The position numbers and the translations under genes are program-made. Positions 41,070 through 51,980 of a DNA stretch of 64,000 bases are shown one piece after another; position 1 is the stretch's first letter, and every line of letters starts with the position of its first letter. Below the pieces are notes generated by a model. The model worked only from the letters and a program-made list of their open reading frames with translations, ran no database searches and had not been told where the DNA came from. The DNA comes from a virus (Duplodnaviria > Caudoviricetes). The stretch lies in IMG/VR virus record IMGVR_UViG_3300029305_004466, one strand, 5' to 3'.

Positions 41070-42149
41070 CTAATTATCTATAAAGTATCTAACCTCAACA
41101 CCGTAGTCTTCTTCCTCATTCTCAGTATCTTCTGGGAAAGTCGGGAGCTCTTCACCTTCAAGATTAGGTGTAAATATTATATATGTACAATCATTATCTG
41201 AGTCATATATAACGGTCCAAGTTCCTTCTGGTTCTCCATGTTCATAGGTGCTGTCATCTTCTTCATCGAATGCTTCACCAATAAAATAGGATTCATTTAT
41301 ATCAAATTGGTCTTCTTTCAATTCTCCTCTTATTTTAACATAAGCAATATTTGTTTTCAAACTATTACTTAAGCTATTATCAGCAGGGAAAATTTCTAAT
41401 ATTTCTAGCTCGTCTTCTATGTCTGCTAAGAAATCTGCCAAGTATATTTCTTCAGATTGGTCGTCTTGTGCGATAACAGCGTCAGTCACTTCTTTAATAA
41501 AGAACTGGCAAGGGTCACTCCATTCTCCACCTTCTGATTTAACTCTTACATAGTATATACCTTCTTTATAAGATATAGATGGCGTGAATGTTATAATATC
41601 ATCCTCTTCGTTAACCACAAAAGTTTCATATAACAATACTTCGAATTTATTTGACTTTGAAATCTGCATAATATATGAAGGAGCTTGTTGGGATTTCCAC
41701 TGTATCTCTGGAATTGAATTTGAAATCATACCGAATGTTGGTGATACGATTTCACATTTCGAATAACTCTTAGTTATTTCTGTATTAAAAGCAAATACAT
41801 ATTTCTTTAAAAGTCTATTTCCAGTGATATCTGTTATCGTATTATTTAATACAACGATATAACGTGTATCCACGTTCAGTGGCTCTTTTGGTACGAATGT
41901 TATAACTCTATCAGCATATGTCATTGTACCTTTTACGATATTGAATTTTTCACTTGCTTTAAGGCTTGTTACACCGTTATAAACTCCATCATAATCTTCA
42001 AATACGACTATAGAGTTATTCAGCGTTGACCGATTAATGTCCCCGCTGAATTTAATCTCTATAGGTTTATTCACATTTACACTTGTTTGATGTGCTTCTG
42101 GAGTTGTTGATATAACGGATAACCCTAAAGTTTCATTGCCGTTATTCAT
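41070..42149 (-). CDS. Ig-like (Big_5-type) domain protein
   Basis: VISTTP...V.VNKPI.IKFS..I....ITFVP.EPL..DTRY.V.L...ITD.TGN.L...Y.F.F.T. Confidence 0.7.
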   Translation of the reverse strand: MNNGNETLGLSVISTTPEAHQTSVNVNKPIEIKFSGDINRSTLNNSIVVFEDYDGVYNGVTSLKASEKFNIVKGTMTYADRVITFVPKEPLNVDTRYIVVLNNTITDITGNRLLKKYVFAFNTEITKSYSKCEIVSPTFGMISNSIPEIQWKSQQAPSYIMQISKSNKFEVLLYETFVVNEEDDIITFTPSISYKEGIYYVRVKSEGGEWSDPCQFFIKEVTDAVIAQDDQSEEIYLADFLADIEDELEILEIFPADNSLSNSLKTNIAYVKIRGELKEDQFDINESYFIGEAFDEEDDSTYEHGEPEGTWTVIYDSDNDCTYIIFTPNLEGEELPTFPEDTENEEEDYGVEVRYFIDN

Positions 42150-42164
42150 GTTATTAACTCCTTA

Positions 42165-42641
42165 TTAGTTTTGAGCTCTTCTGCCTCTCTTTTTCTTTTC
42201 TGTTGCCTCTTCAGCTTCAGATTCTTCAGATTCAGCATCTTCAACTTTTTCAGTTTCAGATTCTGTTTCTTCTGTCTTTGCATCAGGTTCTGCATCAGGT
42301 TGAGATTCTGCTTCAGGCTCTACATTAGCAGCCGCTTCTGGAGCCTGAGATGATTCTTCTGGCTCTTGGGTAGCTGGTTCCTGAGCTGGTGTTAACTCCG
42401 GGAGTTTAACTTCTTCTTTCTTTTCTTCCTTTTTAACGCCTACAACGTTTCCTGTTTCTAAGTCAACAACACCGTTTACATCAATAAGAGTCTTACCTTT
42501 AATTCCTCTTAAAATATAATTGCTAACCCTGTCAGCGAAACCAACAGGGTTAGCAATTGTTAAGTGCAGCTTAGTTACAGGACAGAAGAATGCATAGTTA
42601 CCCGGTTTCTTTGAATTTAATCTAAGTTCGATAGTAGCCAT
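42165..42641 (-). CDS. Small protein after MCP with acidic low-complexity tail
   Basis: YAFFCPVTKLHLT N-domain; E/P/A-rich tail ending KKKRGRR. Confidence 0.6.
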   Translation of the reverse strand: MATIELRLNSKKPGNYAFFCPVTKLHLTIANPVGFADRVSNYILRGIKGKTLIDVNGVVDLETGNVVGVKKEEKKEEVKLPELTPAQEPATQEPEESSQAPEAAANVEPEAESQPDAEPDAKTEETESETEKVEDAESEESEAEEATEKKKRGRRAQN

Positions 42642-42666
42642 TACTTTTCCTCCGTTCTACAGCTAA

Positions 42667-43842
42667 TTAATTATTCAGAATGATAGTTCTTTCTGGTGTT
42701 GCGAAGGACTTAGCCATGCTAATGTTCTTAGCAGAGCAGATTGCACGACCTTCGTTGTAAGTACCGAAACCATAACGTTCGATAACCTTAACGTTATTGA
42801 GGTCTCTTGCTGGGTCACGGAATTCTTCAGTCTTGAGGTCTTCCTTAACAATCTGAACACCTACGTTGTTAGCATCTACACAGAACATATCGAAGGTCTT
42901 GTTAACCTTGTCGATAGGAGCGAATGGAGATAAGCTAACGTTAAATGCAAATGGGATACGACCCTGAATGGATTCAGGACCAAGCTTGAACTGAGCGTTT
43001 GGCATTTCTCTCTTAACTTCACGGTCAAATGGAGCAGTAAGAGAACCAGTTAAGCCGTTACGAGCAAATACAGTCCATACTAACGGATGCATGATTAAGT
43101 CTGTTGGAGTATACTCGTTGTTGTATACACAGATGATTAAGTCAAGTAAATCGTCAATGGACATAGTATCGTTTGGATTGCCTTCAAAGTCAAGACCAGT
43201 AGTACCTGCTTCTGGGAACTGACCTCTTAAGCTGTTATCAAATACTGTCCAACCATGACGCTTCCATTCGTCAAATGCCTTCTGCTCTTTAAGACGAGCC
43301 ATTGCTCTACCTGCCTCAGATAAGAGAACAGAGATAAGGTCGAATTCCAAATCCTTCTGAAGTTCGTCAGTATACTGAATTCTGACACCACTCTTACCAA
43401 CATGGATAAGAGAATTCTTTGCCAGATTCCAGTCTACGCTTTCTTCTGGGATTTCCTGACCTTCGGCAACGTCATGAGCTCTCATAACACCGATGGACGG
43501 GAACATAACAGCCTGACCATTCTTAAGTCTAATCTTCTTATAGAACTTAGAAGCAAGATATACAGGGTCAGCAGCCTTTCTCATAGTACCGATGATAATT
43601 CTTGGAATTAACACCTTAGCCTGTGGAGAAGCTACGAAATCCTTGAATGTAAAGCCCGGTACGTTCTTACCGTCAAGAACTTTAGTGAATGCATCAAATA
43701 CCTTGGCATCGTTTTCTGTCATCTGATAATCTTCGATATCGGAATCTGTAAGTGGTAAGCCTCTTTCCAGCTTATCCTGAATGGACTTCTGAAGCTCTGC
43801 ATTACGAGATTCCATTTGGTCTAAAACATTTAAAATACTCAT
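42667..43842 (-). CDS. Major capsid protein
   Basis: Follows protease/accessory genes; VAEGQEIPE..VGKSG..E...D..FDLI...GRAMAR; ERYGFG; strong codon bias. Confidence 0.9.
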   Translation of the reverse strand: MSILNVLDQMESRNAELQKSIQDKLERGLPLTDSDIEDYQMTENDAKVFDAFTKVLDGKNVPGFTFKDFVASPQAKVLIPRIIIGTMRKAADPVYLASKFYKKIRLKNGQAVMFPSIGVMRAHDVAEGQEIPEESVDWNLAKNSLIHVGKSGVRIQYTDELQKDLEFDLISVLLSEAGRAMARLKEQKAFDEWKRHGWTVFDNSLRGQFPEAGTTGLDFEGNPNDTMSIDDLLDLIICVYNNEYTPTDLIMHPLVWTVFARNGLTGSLTAPFDREVKREMPNAQFKLGPESIQGRIPFAFNVSLSPFAPIDKVNKTFDMFCVDANNVGVQIVKEDLKTEEFRDPARDLNNVKVIERYGFGTYNEGRAICSAKNISMAKSFATPERTIILNN

Positions 43843-43872
43843 GTTAGATTTCCTCCTTGATTATGGTTAGGT

Positions 43873-43891
43873 GCGGGGGCTTTGCCCCCGC
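43873..43891 (-). other. GC-rich hairpin upstream of MCP
   Basis: GCGGGGGC-ttt-GCCCCCGC, no U-tract. Confidence 0.6.
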
Positions 43892-43897
43892 CCTGTA

Positions 43898-45097
43898 TTA
43901 TTTTTTAAGTAATACGAACACTTCGCCCTGTACGCCCTTGAAATCGGAGTAGGAAGGTGTGCCGTAATGCATTGCCTTATATGTTGCAGTAACTGTCTGT
44001 TCGCCAGTAGCCTGAGCAGGAAGCTTAACAGAAATCTTACCAGTTGTGTAGTTGATTGTTACGTTAGCTGCATCTACTACAGTACCTTCAATCTTAACTA
44101 CAACACCCTGCTGTAAGTTCTTTAACTTACCGCCTGCAAAGTCAACAGCTTGGAACTGAACTACAGTATCTTTTGCTGTGCCAGCATCAATAGTACCGAT
44201 AGTCATATCAGTGTACTCTGTATCGTTCTTACCGAAGCCATCGTAGTTACCAGAGCCATCGTGGAGACCCGGAATACCAGTTGGGTTAGTAAGTAACTGA
44301 GACTGATAATTCTGGAAGATTGTGTTGCCTTCAGCGTAGGTAGGGTCGAATGGATAACCTTCGTCAGTTGGCAGATTGGATACGCCAGAACGGTTCATGA
44401 ACTGGTCGTCGTCCTTTCTGTACTGTTCTTCCCATAACATCCACTGTAACCAACCAGTAGGTTCAGCGTTAAGGTCGGAAGCAAGAACCTGACCAACAAC
44501 TTCGTGATAAGAATCCTTAGTTGGGTCCCATTTAGTAAGACGACCAGAAGCAGTAGCCTTTAAGTAGTCACCAGCTTCACACTTACCGATTACAGCACCC
44601 CAAGGCATTCTGTTTTCAACGGAGATAGCAAGTTCTTCCTCAAGTAAGCCTTCCTTAGAAACAGCAGCCGCAGGAGTGAATCCCGGCATGTAAGGAAGTC
44701 TAACATATTCCATAGTGATAATGGATGGCTGATTACCACCGAATCTATCCATCTGGAACCAGTCCTTAGTGAAGTTGTATGGAGCCATACCTACTGTGTT
44801 GCCGTTAAGAGCAAGACCCGGAAGTGTAATAGTTGTAAGGTACTTGTTAGAAACGAAATCCTTAACAGACTTAGAAACACCTACTACACGACCCTTAGGA
44901 ATAACTACTTCTTCCATACCCGGACCGCCATACTGATAATTGAATAATACACCATCTTTGAATACTCCACTCATAGTCTTATCCATGAATGTTGGGTCGA
45001 GAATCCACTTTTCGGCTGGAGACATATGACCAGAACGAACTAATGCGGTATTACTTCTTGAACCCTGTTGGTTTTCATAACCTCTAAATAAAGCCAT
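43898..45097 (-). CDS. Head accessory/decoration protein
   Basis: Between protease and MCP; start MALFRGY after AGGAGG; VVIPKGRVV motif; high-expression codons. Confidence 0.65.
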   Translation of the reverse strand: MALFRGYENQQGSRSNTALVRSGHMSPAEKWILDPTFMDKTMSGVFKDGVLFNYQYGGPGMEEVVIPKGRVVGVSKSVKDFVSNKYLTTITLPGLALNGNTVGMAPYNFTKDWFQMDRFGGNQPSIITMEYVRLPYMPGFTPAAAVSKEGLLEEELAISVENRMPWGAVIGKCEAGDYLKATASGRLTKWDPTKDSYHEVVGQVLASDLNAEPTGWLQWMLWEEQYRKDDDQFMNRSGVSNLPTDEGYPFDPTYAEGNTIFQNYQSQLLTNPTGIPGLHDGSGNYDGFGKNDTEYTDMTIGTIDAGTAKDTVVQFQAVDFAGGKLKNLQQGVVVKIEGTVVDAANVTINYTTGKISVKLPAQATGEQTVTATYKAMHYGTPSYSDFKGVQGEVFVLLKK

Positions 45098-45116
45098 TTT
45101 AGTTTCCTCCTTTTGA

Positions 45117-46637
45117 TTATCGTGAAATCTTATTAACCATGTCATTTACATAGTCATCAATAGATTTCTTTTTATTTGAATCTTCAACTTTTTTCTGTTC
45201 CTTAGAATCTTCTGCCTTAGGCTCTACAGTGTTACCATCAGCGTCTGTAACAGTCGAGTTTGGCTCTCCTGCATTTGCCAAGGTAGGATTCTGTGCCTGA
45301 CCTATAGTTCTCTGAGAATCAGTTGTTGAAGTTTCGTTCTTTTTAGCTGCATCGAAAGCATCCTGTAAATCTTTCATTGAAAGACCAATTAATTCTTTCT
45401 GTCTTTCAGAAGAATTTGAATCTTCTAATTTCTTTTGAGAAATTTCTAATTCAATAATCTGGTCTGCAATTAACTTCTTGTTAGCAAGTGCTAATTCGAT
45501 ACACTGGTCTTTCATAGCAATGGAATCCTGAACAGCTTCTTCCTTTGCTTTTTCAGCGTCTGCTAATTTGGTTTCAGCTTCTTCTTTTGCTTTGTTAGCA
45601 TCAGCAAGCTGTTTCTCTAAATCAGCAATCTTGTTGTTTGCATCTTCTAATTGCTTTGCAACATCTTCAGTATTGTCTTTGGTTTCAGGGGTTTCAGCAT
45701 CAGACTTAGCATCTTCTGCTTTAGCCTCAGGTGTTGATGTATTTGCATCAGTTGCCTGAGCAGCGGTGTTAGTACCTAATAATTCATCAATCATCGCAAC
45801 CAGTTTATTTCTCTGGTCGGTTGATTGAGATGAAGTATTTGGGTTGTTCTTTCCTCCCATGTCTCCGACTCCTTCCTTATTTTTTTCATCTTTATTTTCT
45901 TTATCTTCATCTGTGATAACTGTAACCTTAACAACCTGAGCAAAGTCATCTGCTGGGTTGTTAACTGTAGAAACTTCATGATAAGTAATATCTTTAGCTC
46001 CCCAGTAACATACTTGGTCTTTGTAGGTTTCACCTCTCCAGTGACCACAGAAATTGAATTTACCGTCTTTGAGAATTGTTTTACCACATACATTACATGT
46101 AACAGTTCCCATTGAACCACCAATACTTACTGTACTATAACGCCCATCTAAGAATTTTTCAATAGCATCTTTATCAGTTACTCTTGTTACAAGATGGATT
46201 GCACTTCTTTCATCAGTTAATGCAGAAGGTCCAAACCATGATTGTTTTGTTCTTCCTAAAGGCTCTGAATAAGAATCGTGGTTTTTTAACATTGGCTTTG
46301 GAAATGGATTCATGAAAGTTTCTGCATCCTTTTCCATGCTGTCTTCGTAATAAACACAGTAGTTATGGTTTTTACCAGAGTGAGTTGCTTCTGTTTCAAC
46401 ATCAAGTGCTATGATATTTTTCTTACCGGAAGCAGAATCTTTTAACAACTGTGTTACGTCAACAGCTTCACCTTTTGCGTCAACAAATTTGACTTTGTTC
46501 TCTACACGAATTCTTTCTCTTGAATCGCTAATGTTGCGAACATCTTTTTCACCGACATCGCCATTAAAATCAAAAATTTTCATATCATCTACTGAAAACT
46601 CTTTATTATTGGCATCGGTAATTTTGATTATTGCCAT
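45117..46637 (-). CDS. Prohead protease with C-terminal scaffold region
   Basis: MLKNHD..PLGR, YSTVSIG, CxxC, EVSTVNNPAD; coiled-coil acidic C-half. Confidence 0.85.
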   Translation of the reverse strand: MAIIKITDANNKEFSVDDMKIFDFNGDVGEKDVRNISDSRERIRVENKVKFVDAKGEAVDVTQLLKDSASGKKNIIALDVETEATHSGKNHNYCVYYEDSMEKDAETFMNPFPKPMLKNHDSYSEPLGRTKQSWFGPSALTDERSAIHLVTRVTDKDAIEKFLDGRYSTVSIGGSMGTVTCNVCGKTILKDGKFNFCGHWRGETYKDQVCYWGAKDITYHEVSTVNNPADDFAQVVKVTVITDEDKENKDEKNKEGVGDMGGKNNPNTSSQSTDQRNKLVAMIDELLGTNTAAQATDANTSTPEAKAEDAKSDAETPETKDNTEDVAKQLEDANNKIADLEKQLADANKAKEEAETKLADAEKAKEEAVQDSIAMKDQCIELALANKKLIADQIIELEISQKKLEDSNSSERQKELIGLSMKDLQDAFDAAKKNETSTTDSQRTIGQAQNPTLANAGEPNSTVTDADGNTVEPKAEDSKEQKKVEDSNKKKSIDDYVNDMVNKISR

Positions 46638-46651
46638 ATTGAACTCCTTTC

Positions 46652-48505
46652 TTATGAACCATCAATGTATATGGTAGCGTTCATTTTACATTTCAGATAA
46701 TTCGTAATGGAATCTCCGAATAAGTTAACTCTAATTGTAACCATGTCACTAACACTACCTTTTGATGTTGAATATATATTGACACCAGTTAAGTCATCAT
46801 GTATATTCTGACAAAGTTTTACGGAGTTCTTGATAAGCATTTCATCAACGACTTTGATTAAGGATTCGTCTTCGATTTTTGCTTTTACTGTATACGAAAT
46901 GTCTTTAATATGTTTTGCTACTATACTTTCAACATTGGATTGTAATATTTGTTGTCTATTAGTATAACAATTTATTACATATTTGTCCATTTCATCATTG
47001 ATTTTATTTACATTATCTTTTATGAGACCGATAATAGCATTGTAATTATCTTTTCCTGAGGATGAAGACTTCTTAGTAGGAGTACGTCCTCCAGAATTTT
47101 TCTCTTTGTTGTTTGTTTCTTTACTTCCTGTACCGCCATTAGCTGAAGCAGTAGCTTTAGCCGTCTGCACATCAAGTTCAGCTTGAAGTTTAAGTGTTTC
47201 TCTCGTAATGAGTTCAACAAATAATTTCTCTCTGTCACCATCAGCAATAGGGTCCATACCAAGTAAGTCACGCATTTCATCTTCAGTAATCGCATTGTGT
47301 TCATATTTATAAATGGCGTGAACTTCTTTCTTGATTTTAACATCTACGTCATTATCGTGGAATTTAAGTTCAGCGATTTGGTCTGGATTAAGTACTGGGT
47401 CATATCCGCCTTCCATTAAGATTTCTTTTACTATGAATGAGTTAAAGAACATCTCAATGATTTTGGTAATAGCACGGATTCTGTCAGCCATTTCTGATGT
47501 CATATTGTCACCAGTAGAACGATTGGCTGTATCACCACGACCCCACATAATAGCAGGAATGCCCATACCAGAGAATACTCTATCTTCCATATACCTTAAA
47601 TATGGTTCTGCGTCAATAACTTTATCAGAAGCAATAGGAGTTATTGTAACTCTTTCTGTAGTAACAATACCACCTTCAACATCCATATTGTTGATTTCTT
47701 CGATAATCTTATCCACTTCCGCTTCCGTACCCGGCTGGTCCTCTGTACCAACTTTTACATGATGGAATGGATAAATATTACGATACATCATTTTAAGAAC
47801 GTTTTCTTCTGCTTGTCTTAATGCTCGTATATCATCAAGGACTGGCACTAAGAAACTTGTTCCGTATGCATTACCTTTTGGTCTTTTGTAATAGAAATGG
47901 ATTACATCTTCAGGATTAAATTCCTGTTCACCTGCATCTGTTTCCTGTTTCCACTTACTAATAACGCCATGCTCATCTCTCATTACAGTCATTGTAGAAG
48001 GATTAGCACAGAAATAACCTACAACAGGTTCTTTTCCTGCAAGCCCTTGAACATTAACACCTTGAGGTAATAAGTTAACGTCATTACTTCTTGACTTAAC
48101 AATCATACAGTTTCCGTATTTAACTAAGTCTTCCGCAATATCCATTAAGAATTGATTTGTCGGAGTACTTGTCGCTTCTGCTATGTATTCAAGCCTAAGC
48201 TTTAAATAGTCAACTGTATTAGTGTCTTTCCCGTAAAAACTATACCCTTCTTTAAAAATCTGGTCAACATATTTATCAACACCTTGACGTACATAAGAAT
48301 CTGTATCGTAGGCATTTTGTATGTCTTCCATATTAAAATCTGGTTCTTCAAAGTCTGTATCATCAGTAGTCTTATAAACAAGCTGTTTAATAAACTCTGA
48401 TGCTAATTCTCTTTGTCCCCCAGAAGAAGCGTCCTTAGAAACAGGTGCTGCGGGAAGGAGTTCTTTGAAAAATGTATTGGCTATGAACCGTTTGATTTTA
48501 TTCAT
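46652..48505 (-). CDS. Portal protein
   Basis: LVKYGNC, FNPEDVIHF...AYGTS, GIP..WG; between terminase and protease. Confidence 0.85.
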   Translation of the reverse strand: MNKIKRFIANTFFKELLPAAPVSKDASSGGQRELASEFIKQLVYKTTDDTDFEEPDFNMEDIQNAYDTDSYVRQGVDKYVDQIFKEGYSFYGKDTNTVDYLKLRLEYIAEATSTPTNQFLMDIAEDLVKYGNCMIVKSRSNDVNLLPQGVNVQGLAGKEPVVGYFCANPSTMTVMRDEHGVISKWKQETDAGEQEFNPEDVIHFYYKRPKGNAYGTSFLVPVLDDIRALRQAEENVLKMMYRNIYPFHHVKVGTEDQPGTEAEVDKIIEEINNMDVEGGIVTTERVTITPIASDKVIDAEPYLRYMEDRVFSGMGIPAIMWGRGDTANRSTGDNMTSEMADRIRAITKIIEMFFNSFIVKEILMEGGYDPVLNPDQIAELKFHDNDVDVKIKKEVHAIYKYEHNAITEDEMRDLLGMDPIADGDREKLFVELITRETLKLQAELDVQTAKATASANGGTGSKETNNKEKNSGGRTPTKKSSSSGKDNYNAIIGLIKDNVNKINDEMDKYVINCYTNRQQILQSNVESIVAKHIKDISYTVKAKIEDESLIKVVDEMLIKNSVKLCQNIHDDLTGVNIYSTSKGSVSDMVTIRVNLFGDSITNYLKCKMNATIYIDGS

Positions 48506-48556
48506 GTTTATTTCACCATCCCGTTTTTCAAAATTTTAATATACGTTATTTAGGCA

Positions 48557-49585
48557 TTAAGTGTAGCTAATTGTAGCATAAACCTTTCTTAACTGTTGTT
48601 TTTCTGCCATTAATTTTTCCATAGAATTCACAAAAAAGGAATTCCCCATCAATGTTTTATTTATATTTTCAATTGAGTTGTCTGTTTCTTTTTCAAAAAA
48701 AGATATTTTAGATAATAAGTAACTTCCTTCTCTAGAGGTTTCTGATACTGTATTATAGAATTCATTTAAGTCTTTTCGTTTAATATAGTAATTATATAAC
48801 GCTTTTCTCGTAGTATCAATACTTTGTTGCATATCATATGAATTACTTCTTGCGTTTATTTCGTCATCTACCTCCAAAAAGAGACGTTGTATCATAGGAG
48901 TTAATATTGGATTATTCACACCATTTTCATCTCTTAAATATGCAACTTGCTCTAATTTAGTACATGCTTCATCTATTTTTACGCTATATGTATTTATGGA
49001 TTTATTCAATACTGAATCAACGGATAATGCTAAATAGTTAATGCCTTTTCCCTGCTTTTCTTTTTCTACAAGCACGGCAGTCATTTCAGCATCTTTTTGC
49101 TTGCATTCTTCGTTTGTAATATTTGAAGTACCATAGTATAAAATTTTTAAAGTATCGCTAATAATATTTATTCTCTCTTTTTCGTTTTCCAGTAATTCGA
49201 TAATTTCTGGGATTTGGCTTTTGCCAATATTTGCTTTATGTGCGTTAAGAAATTCTTTAGCATATTCATTATTTTTTGCTCTTAACGCATTTACAAAAGA
49301 GTTAATATTTGAATATGTATCATGTGTTTCATTATCGAACTCTTTGCATAATCTGTCAATCATTTCGTTTATGATGTCGATATTTTCATTTAAGTTTTCC
49401 AGTACAGCATTAGGTAAATTATTTAAAAAACTTTTTAGTGTAGTTGAATAACTAGCCTTATTAATGTATTGATTGATATTAATAGGCTCTGTTTGTTCAA
49501 CTGGCTTATTGAATTTTTCGTATTTAAGATTGGGACGGTATCCTATGACCGCCCCAGAATCTATTAATTGTTCTTTGATTTCCAT
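48557..49585 (-). CDS. Hypothetical helical protein between terminase and portal
   Basis: 342-aa ORF overlapping the terminase stop. Confidence 0.55.
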   Translation of the reverse strand: MEIKEQLIDSGAVIGYRPNLKYEKFNKPVEQTEPININQYINKASYSTTLKSFLNNLPNAVLENLNENIDIINEMIDRLCKEFDNETHDTYSNINSFVNALRAKNNEYAKEFLNAHKANIGKSQIPEIIELLENEKERINIISDTLKILYYGTSNITNEECKQKDAEMTAVLVEKEKQGKGINYLALSVDSVLNKSINTYSVKIDEACTKLEQVAYLRDENGVNNPILTPMIQRLFLEVDDEINARSNSYDMQQSIDTTRKALYNYYIKRKDLNEFYNTVSETSREGSYLLSKISFFEKETDNSIENINKTLMGNSFFVNSMEKLMAEKQQLRKVYATISYT

Positions 49586-51489
49586 TAAAAAGACCTCCTC
49601 TGGAATGATGGAACTCTTTTATTTTGCCTTCGAACTGGAGTAATACTGATAATACCTTCTTTTTCGGAAGTTTTAATTATCTTTACAAAAGGCTCTTCTT
49701 GGTTTTCACCAATTTCACGGCTCTTAACATGCTCATCTCTTGAATCCAGAGTTCCAATAAATACTGTTTTGATAGAATAAACTTGCTTTAATAAGCTACC
49801 ATACTTTTGCTCAAATAGCAATAGGGCAAGATTCATGGCATCAATTGCGTGTTCATTCTCATCTGTATAGACAGGCATACCAGTACTACTTATGGATTTT
49901 ACTCTATATTCTTCTAATTGAGAAATCATTGATTTATCTGAAGGGTCAAGAATAACTTTACCTTTTTCAAATAAATTAACTGAGTTGTTAACCATGAATG
50001 GCTTAAGGTGTTTCTGGTCTTTTTTCTTAGTATATGGGTCACGAACTTCAATCTTTTGAGAGAATTGATAACCAATAACCTTATCTGCTAAGCCAGTTTC
50101 AGGATGTTCCATACCATATTTATGAAGCATTTCTAATTGTACTTCACCGTAACCACGGTCAATACCTATCCAATCAAACTGGTATTCATCATTCAGTTCT
50201 ATGATTTTGTTCATTGCATTGACGTAAGTAAAATCAGAACGTGGAACTTCTATTCTGAATAACATCTTAAACATAGGAACAATGCGTCCTTCATGGTCTT
50301 GATGGAATCTATCAAGTTCCATGCATACCATATTTGTTGCTGCTGAATATTTATCCCAGTCAACTCCAAGTATTCTAATATTTTGCCCATGCGTTCTTGT
50401 AAGATAAGATTTCCTATCTTCTTTGGACCATTTAGTAATGTATCTATATTTAAGGCGTTCACCTTCCATAATAGCTGCATTGATGAATTTCTTCTGGTAT
50501 ACACCCATTTCTTCTTCACCGAATTCAGCCATAACTTCTTGAGTATATCTCATGTCAGATAATTCATCTCTAATATCTTCAAGATAAGTTTGTTGAGTAT
50601 CTGGATTTATCTTTAATAATTCTTTATTAACGTTGGATGGAGCATATACTTCTGTCCAACCATTACCTTCGCCAATCGCTTTTTCTTCTACTTGATAACC
50701 ACTGAAGCGATTATTTTTAATATCTTCTGCTGTTGGGAAATATCTCTTAGAGGCATTAATACACCAACGGTAATATTCTTCGTGCTTACCAGATGGCGTG
50801 GAAGCACAGATAAGTCTAATACGTTCTGGAGCTTCATTTCTAATATTTAAGATATTCGTAATCTGATTAGAACCTATGTAGTCGCACTCGTCAAGGATAA
50901 GTAAATCTGCTCTTTGACCACGAGTAGAGTTAGCACCGCCAGATGAGTTGTTAGCACCTGCGGTTAAACCTAAAATATTAGAAACAATACCATTAATAGT
51001 AAGGTTTAAATTATGATGTACGTCTCTTGTTATTAATGACTTTAACACCGGAGACATCTCAATCAACTGGTGTAAACGCTTGAAGATTAAGTCAATCTGC
51101 GTTTCATATGGAGTTGCTATAATAATATCGTATTGGTTATTCGGACCTCTATTATATTGTGTGTACGCAAACCATAAAATAAGTACACACATAGAGTCTG
51201 ATTTACCAAGTCTTCGTCCAAGTCTTAATACAAGCTTTTTAGAACGCTTACCTTCTTGGATAATTACATCTTGATAATCTCTAGCTTCCCAGTCAAGATA
51301 AACTTTAGCCCATAATACAGGGTTGTTTGTAATTGTATATTCCAACGCTTCTTTGAAATTTAACCCGTATTGCTTTTGAACAAAATCTACCTTTTTGACT
51401 ATATTCTTATCTAAAGGAATCAAAAGATTCATTATCTGATTGCATTCTATATCATTTAATTGTCCTATTGTTTGTGCTACAGCTGCCAT
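49585..51489 (-). CDS. terL: Terminase large subunit
   Basis: Walker A GRRLGKS, Walker B LLILDECD, coupling motif ASTP, nuclease GVDW...EHAIDA. Confidence 0.93.
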   Translation of the reverse strand: MAAVAQTIGQLNDIECNQIMNLLIPLDKNIVKKVDFVQKQYGLNFKEALEYTITNNPVLWAKVYLDWEARDYQDVIIQEGKRSKKLVLRLGRRLGKSDSMCVLILWFAYTQYNRGPNNQYDIIIATPYETQIDLIFKRLHQLIEMSPVLKSLITRDVHHNLNLTINGIVSNILGLTAGANNSSGGANSTRGQRADLLILDECDYIGSNQITNILNIRNEAPERIRLICASTPSGKHEEYYRWCINASKRYFPTAEDIKNNRFSGYQVEEKAIGEGNGWTEVYAPSNVNKELLKINPDTQQTYLEDIRDELSDMRYTQEVMAEFGEEEMGVYQKKFINAAIMEGERLKYRYITKWSKEDRKSYLTRTHGQNIRILGVDWDKYSAATNMVCMELDRFHQDHEGRIVPMFKMLFRIEVPRSDFTYVNAMNKIIELNDEYQFDWIGIDRGYGEVQLEMLHKYGMEHPETGLADKVIGYQFSQKIEVRDPYTKKKDQKHLKPFMVNNSVNLFEKGKVILDPSDKSMISQLEEYRVKSISSTGMPVYTDENEHAIDAMNLALLLFEQKYGSLLKQVYSIKTVFIGTLDSRDEHVKSREIGENQEEPFVKIIKTSEKEGIISITPVRRQNKRVPSFQRRSF

Positions 51490-51504
51490 TTAAATCCACC
51501 CTAA

Positions 51505-51978
51505 TTAAGTATAATCTCTTGAAGATTTTAAATAATTTCTTGCTTCGTTTCCGAGTACAGAGTTAACATTCTGTCCATTAGTTCTTAACTGATTTATCGC
51601 CCTTTGTCGCATAGTATATCCTGCTCCAGACATATTGAAATACCCAGAACCCATTCGCCCTGAGCCAGTGTATTTCATTTGTTTTTGAAGCTCTGCATTT
51701 TGCTTTGAAGTTCCGATTATCATATCATAACCTGCGGTAGCGGCAAAGTATGCAATTTGTGCCTTACCACCCAATAAAGCACCAACGCCAAAATCCATAG
51801 CTGTTTTTCCTATAGTGGTGGTTATACTATCGCCTTGTTTTCTTGATTCACTAAATGTACTGGCTGTTCCATACAAATCCATTCCAGTACCTACCACTGT
51901 ACCAAGCGTAGGAAGACTAGTTAACCCTATTTTAGATGCACTCTGTAGCACCTTATTTTTAATCATGCTTATAGCCAT
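51505..51978 (-). CDS. Gly-rich hypothetical protein
   Basis: ORF; TMRQRA...LGNEA tail. Confidence 0.55.
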   Translation of the reverse strand: MAISMIKNKVLQSASKIGLTSLPTLGTVVGTGMDLYGTASTFSESRKQGDSITTTIGKTAMDFGVGALLGGKAQIAYFAATAGYDMIIGTSKQNAELQKQMKYTGSGRMGSGYFNMSGAGYTMRQRAINQLRTNGQNVNSVLGNEARNYLKSSRDYT

Positions 51979-51980
51979 AA

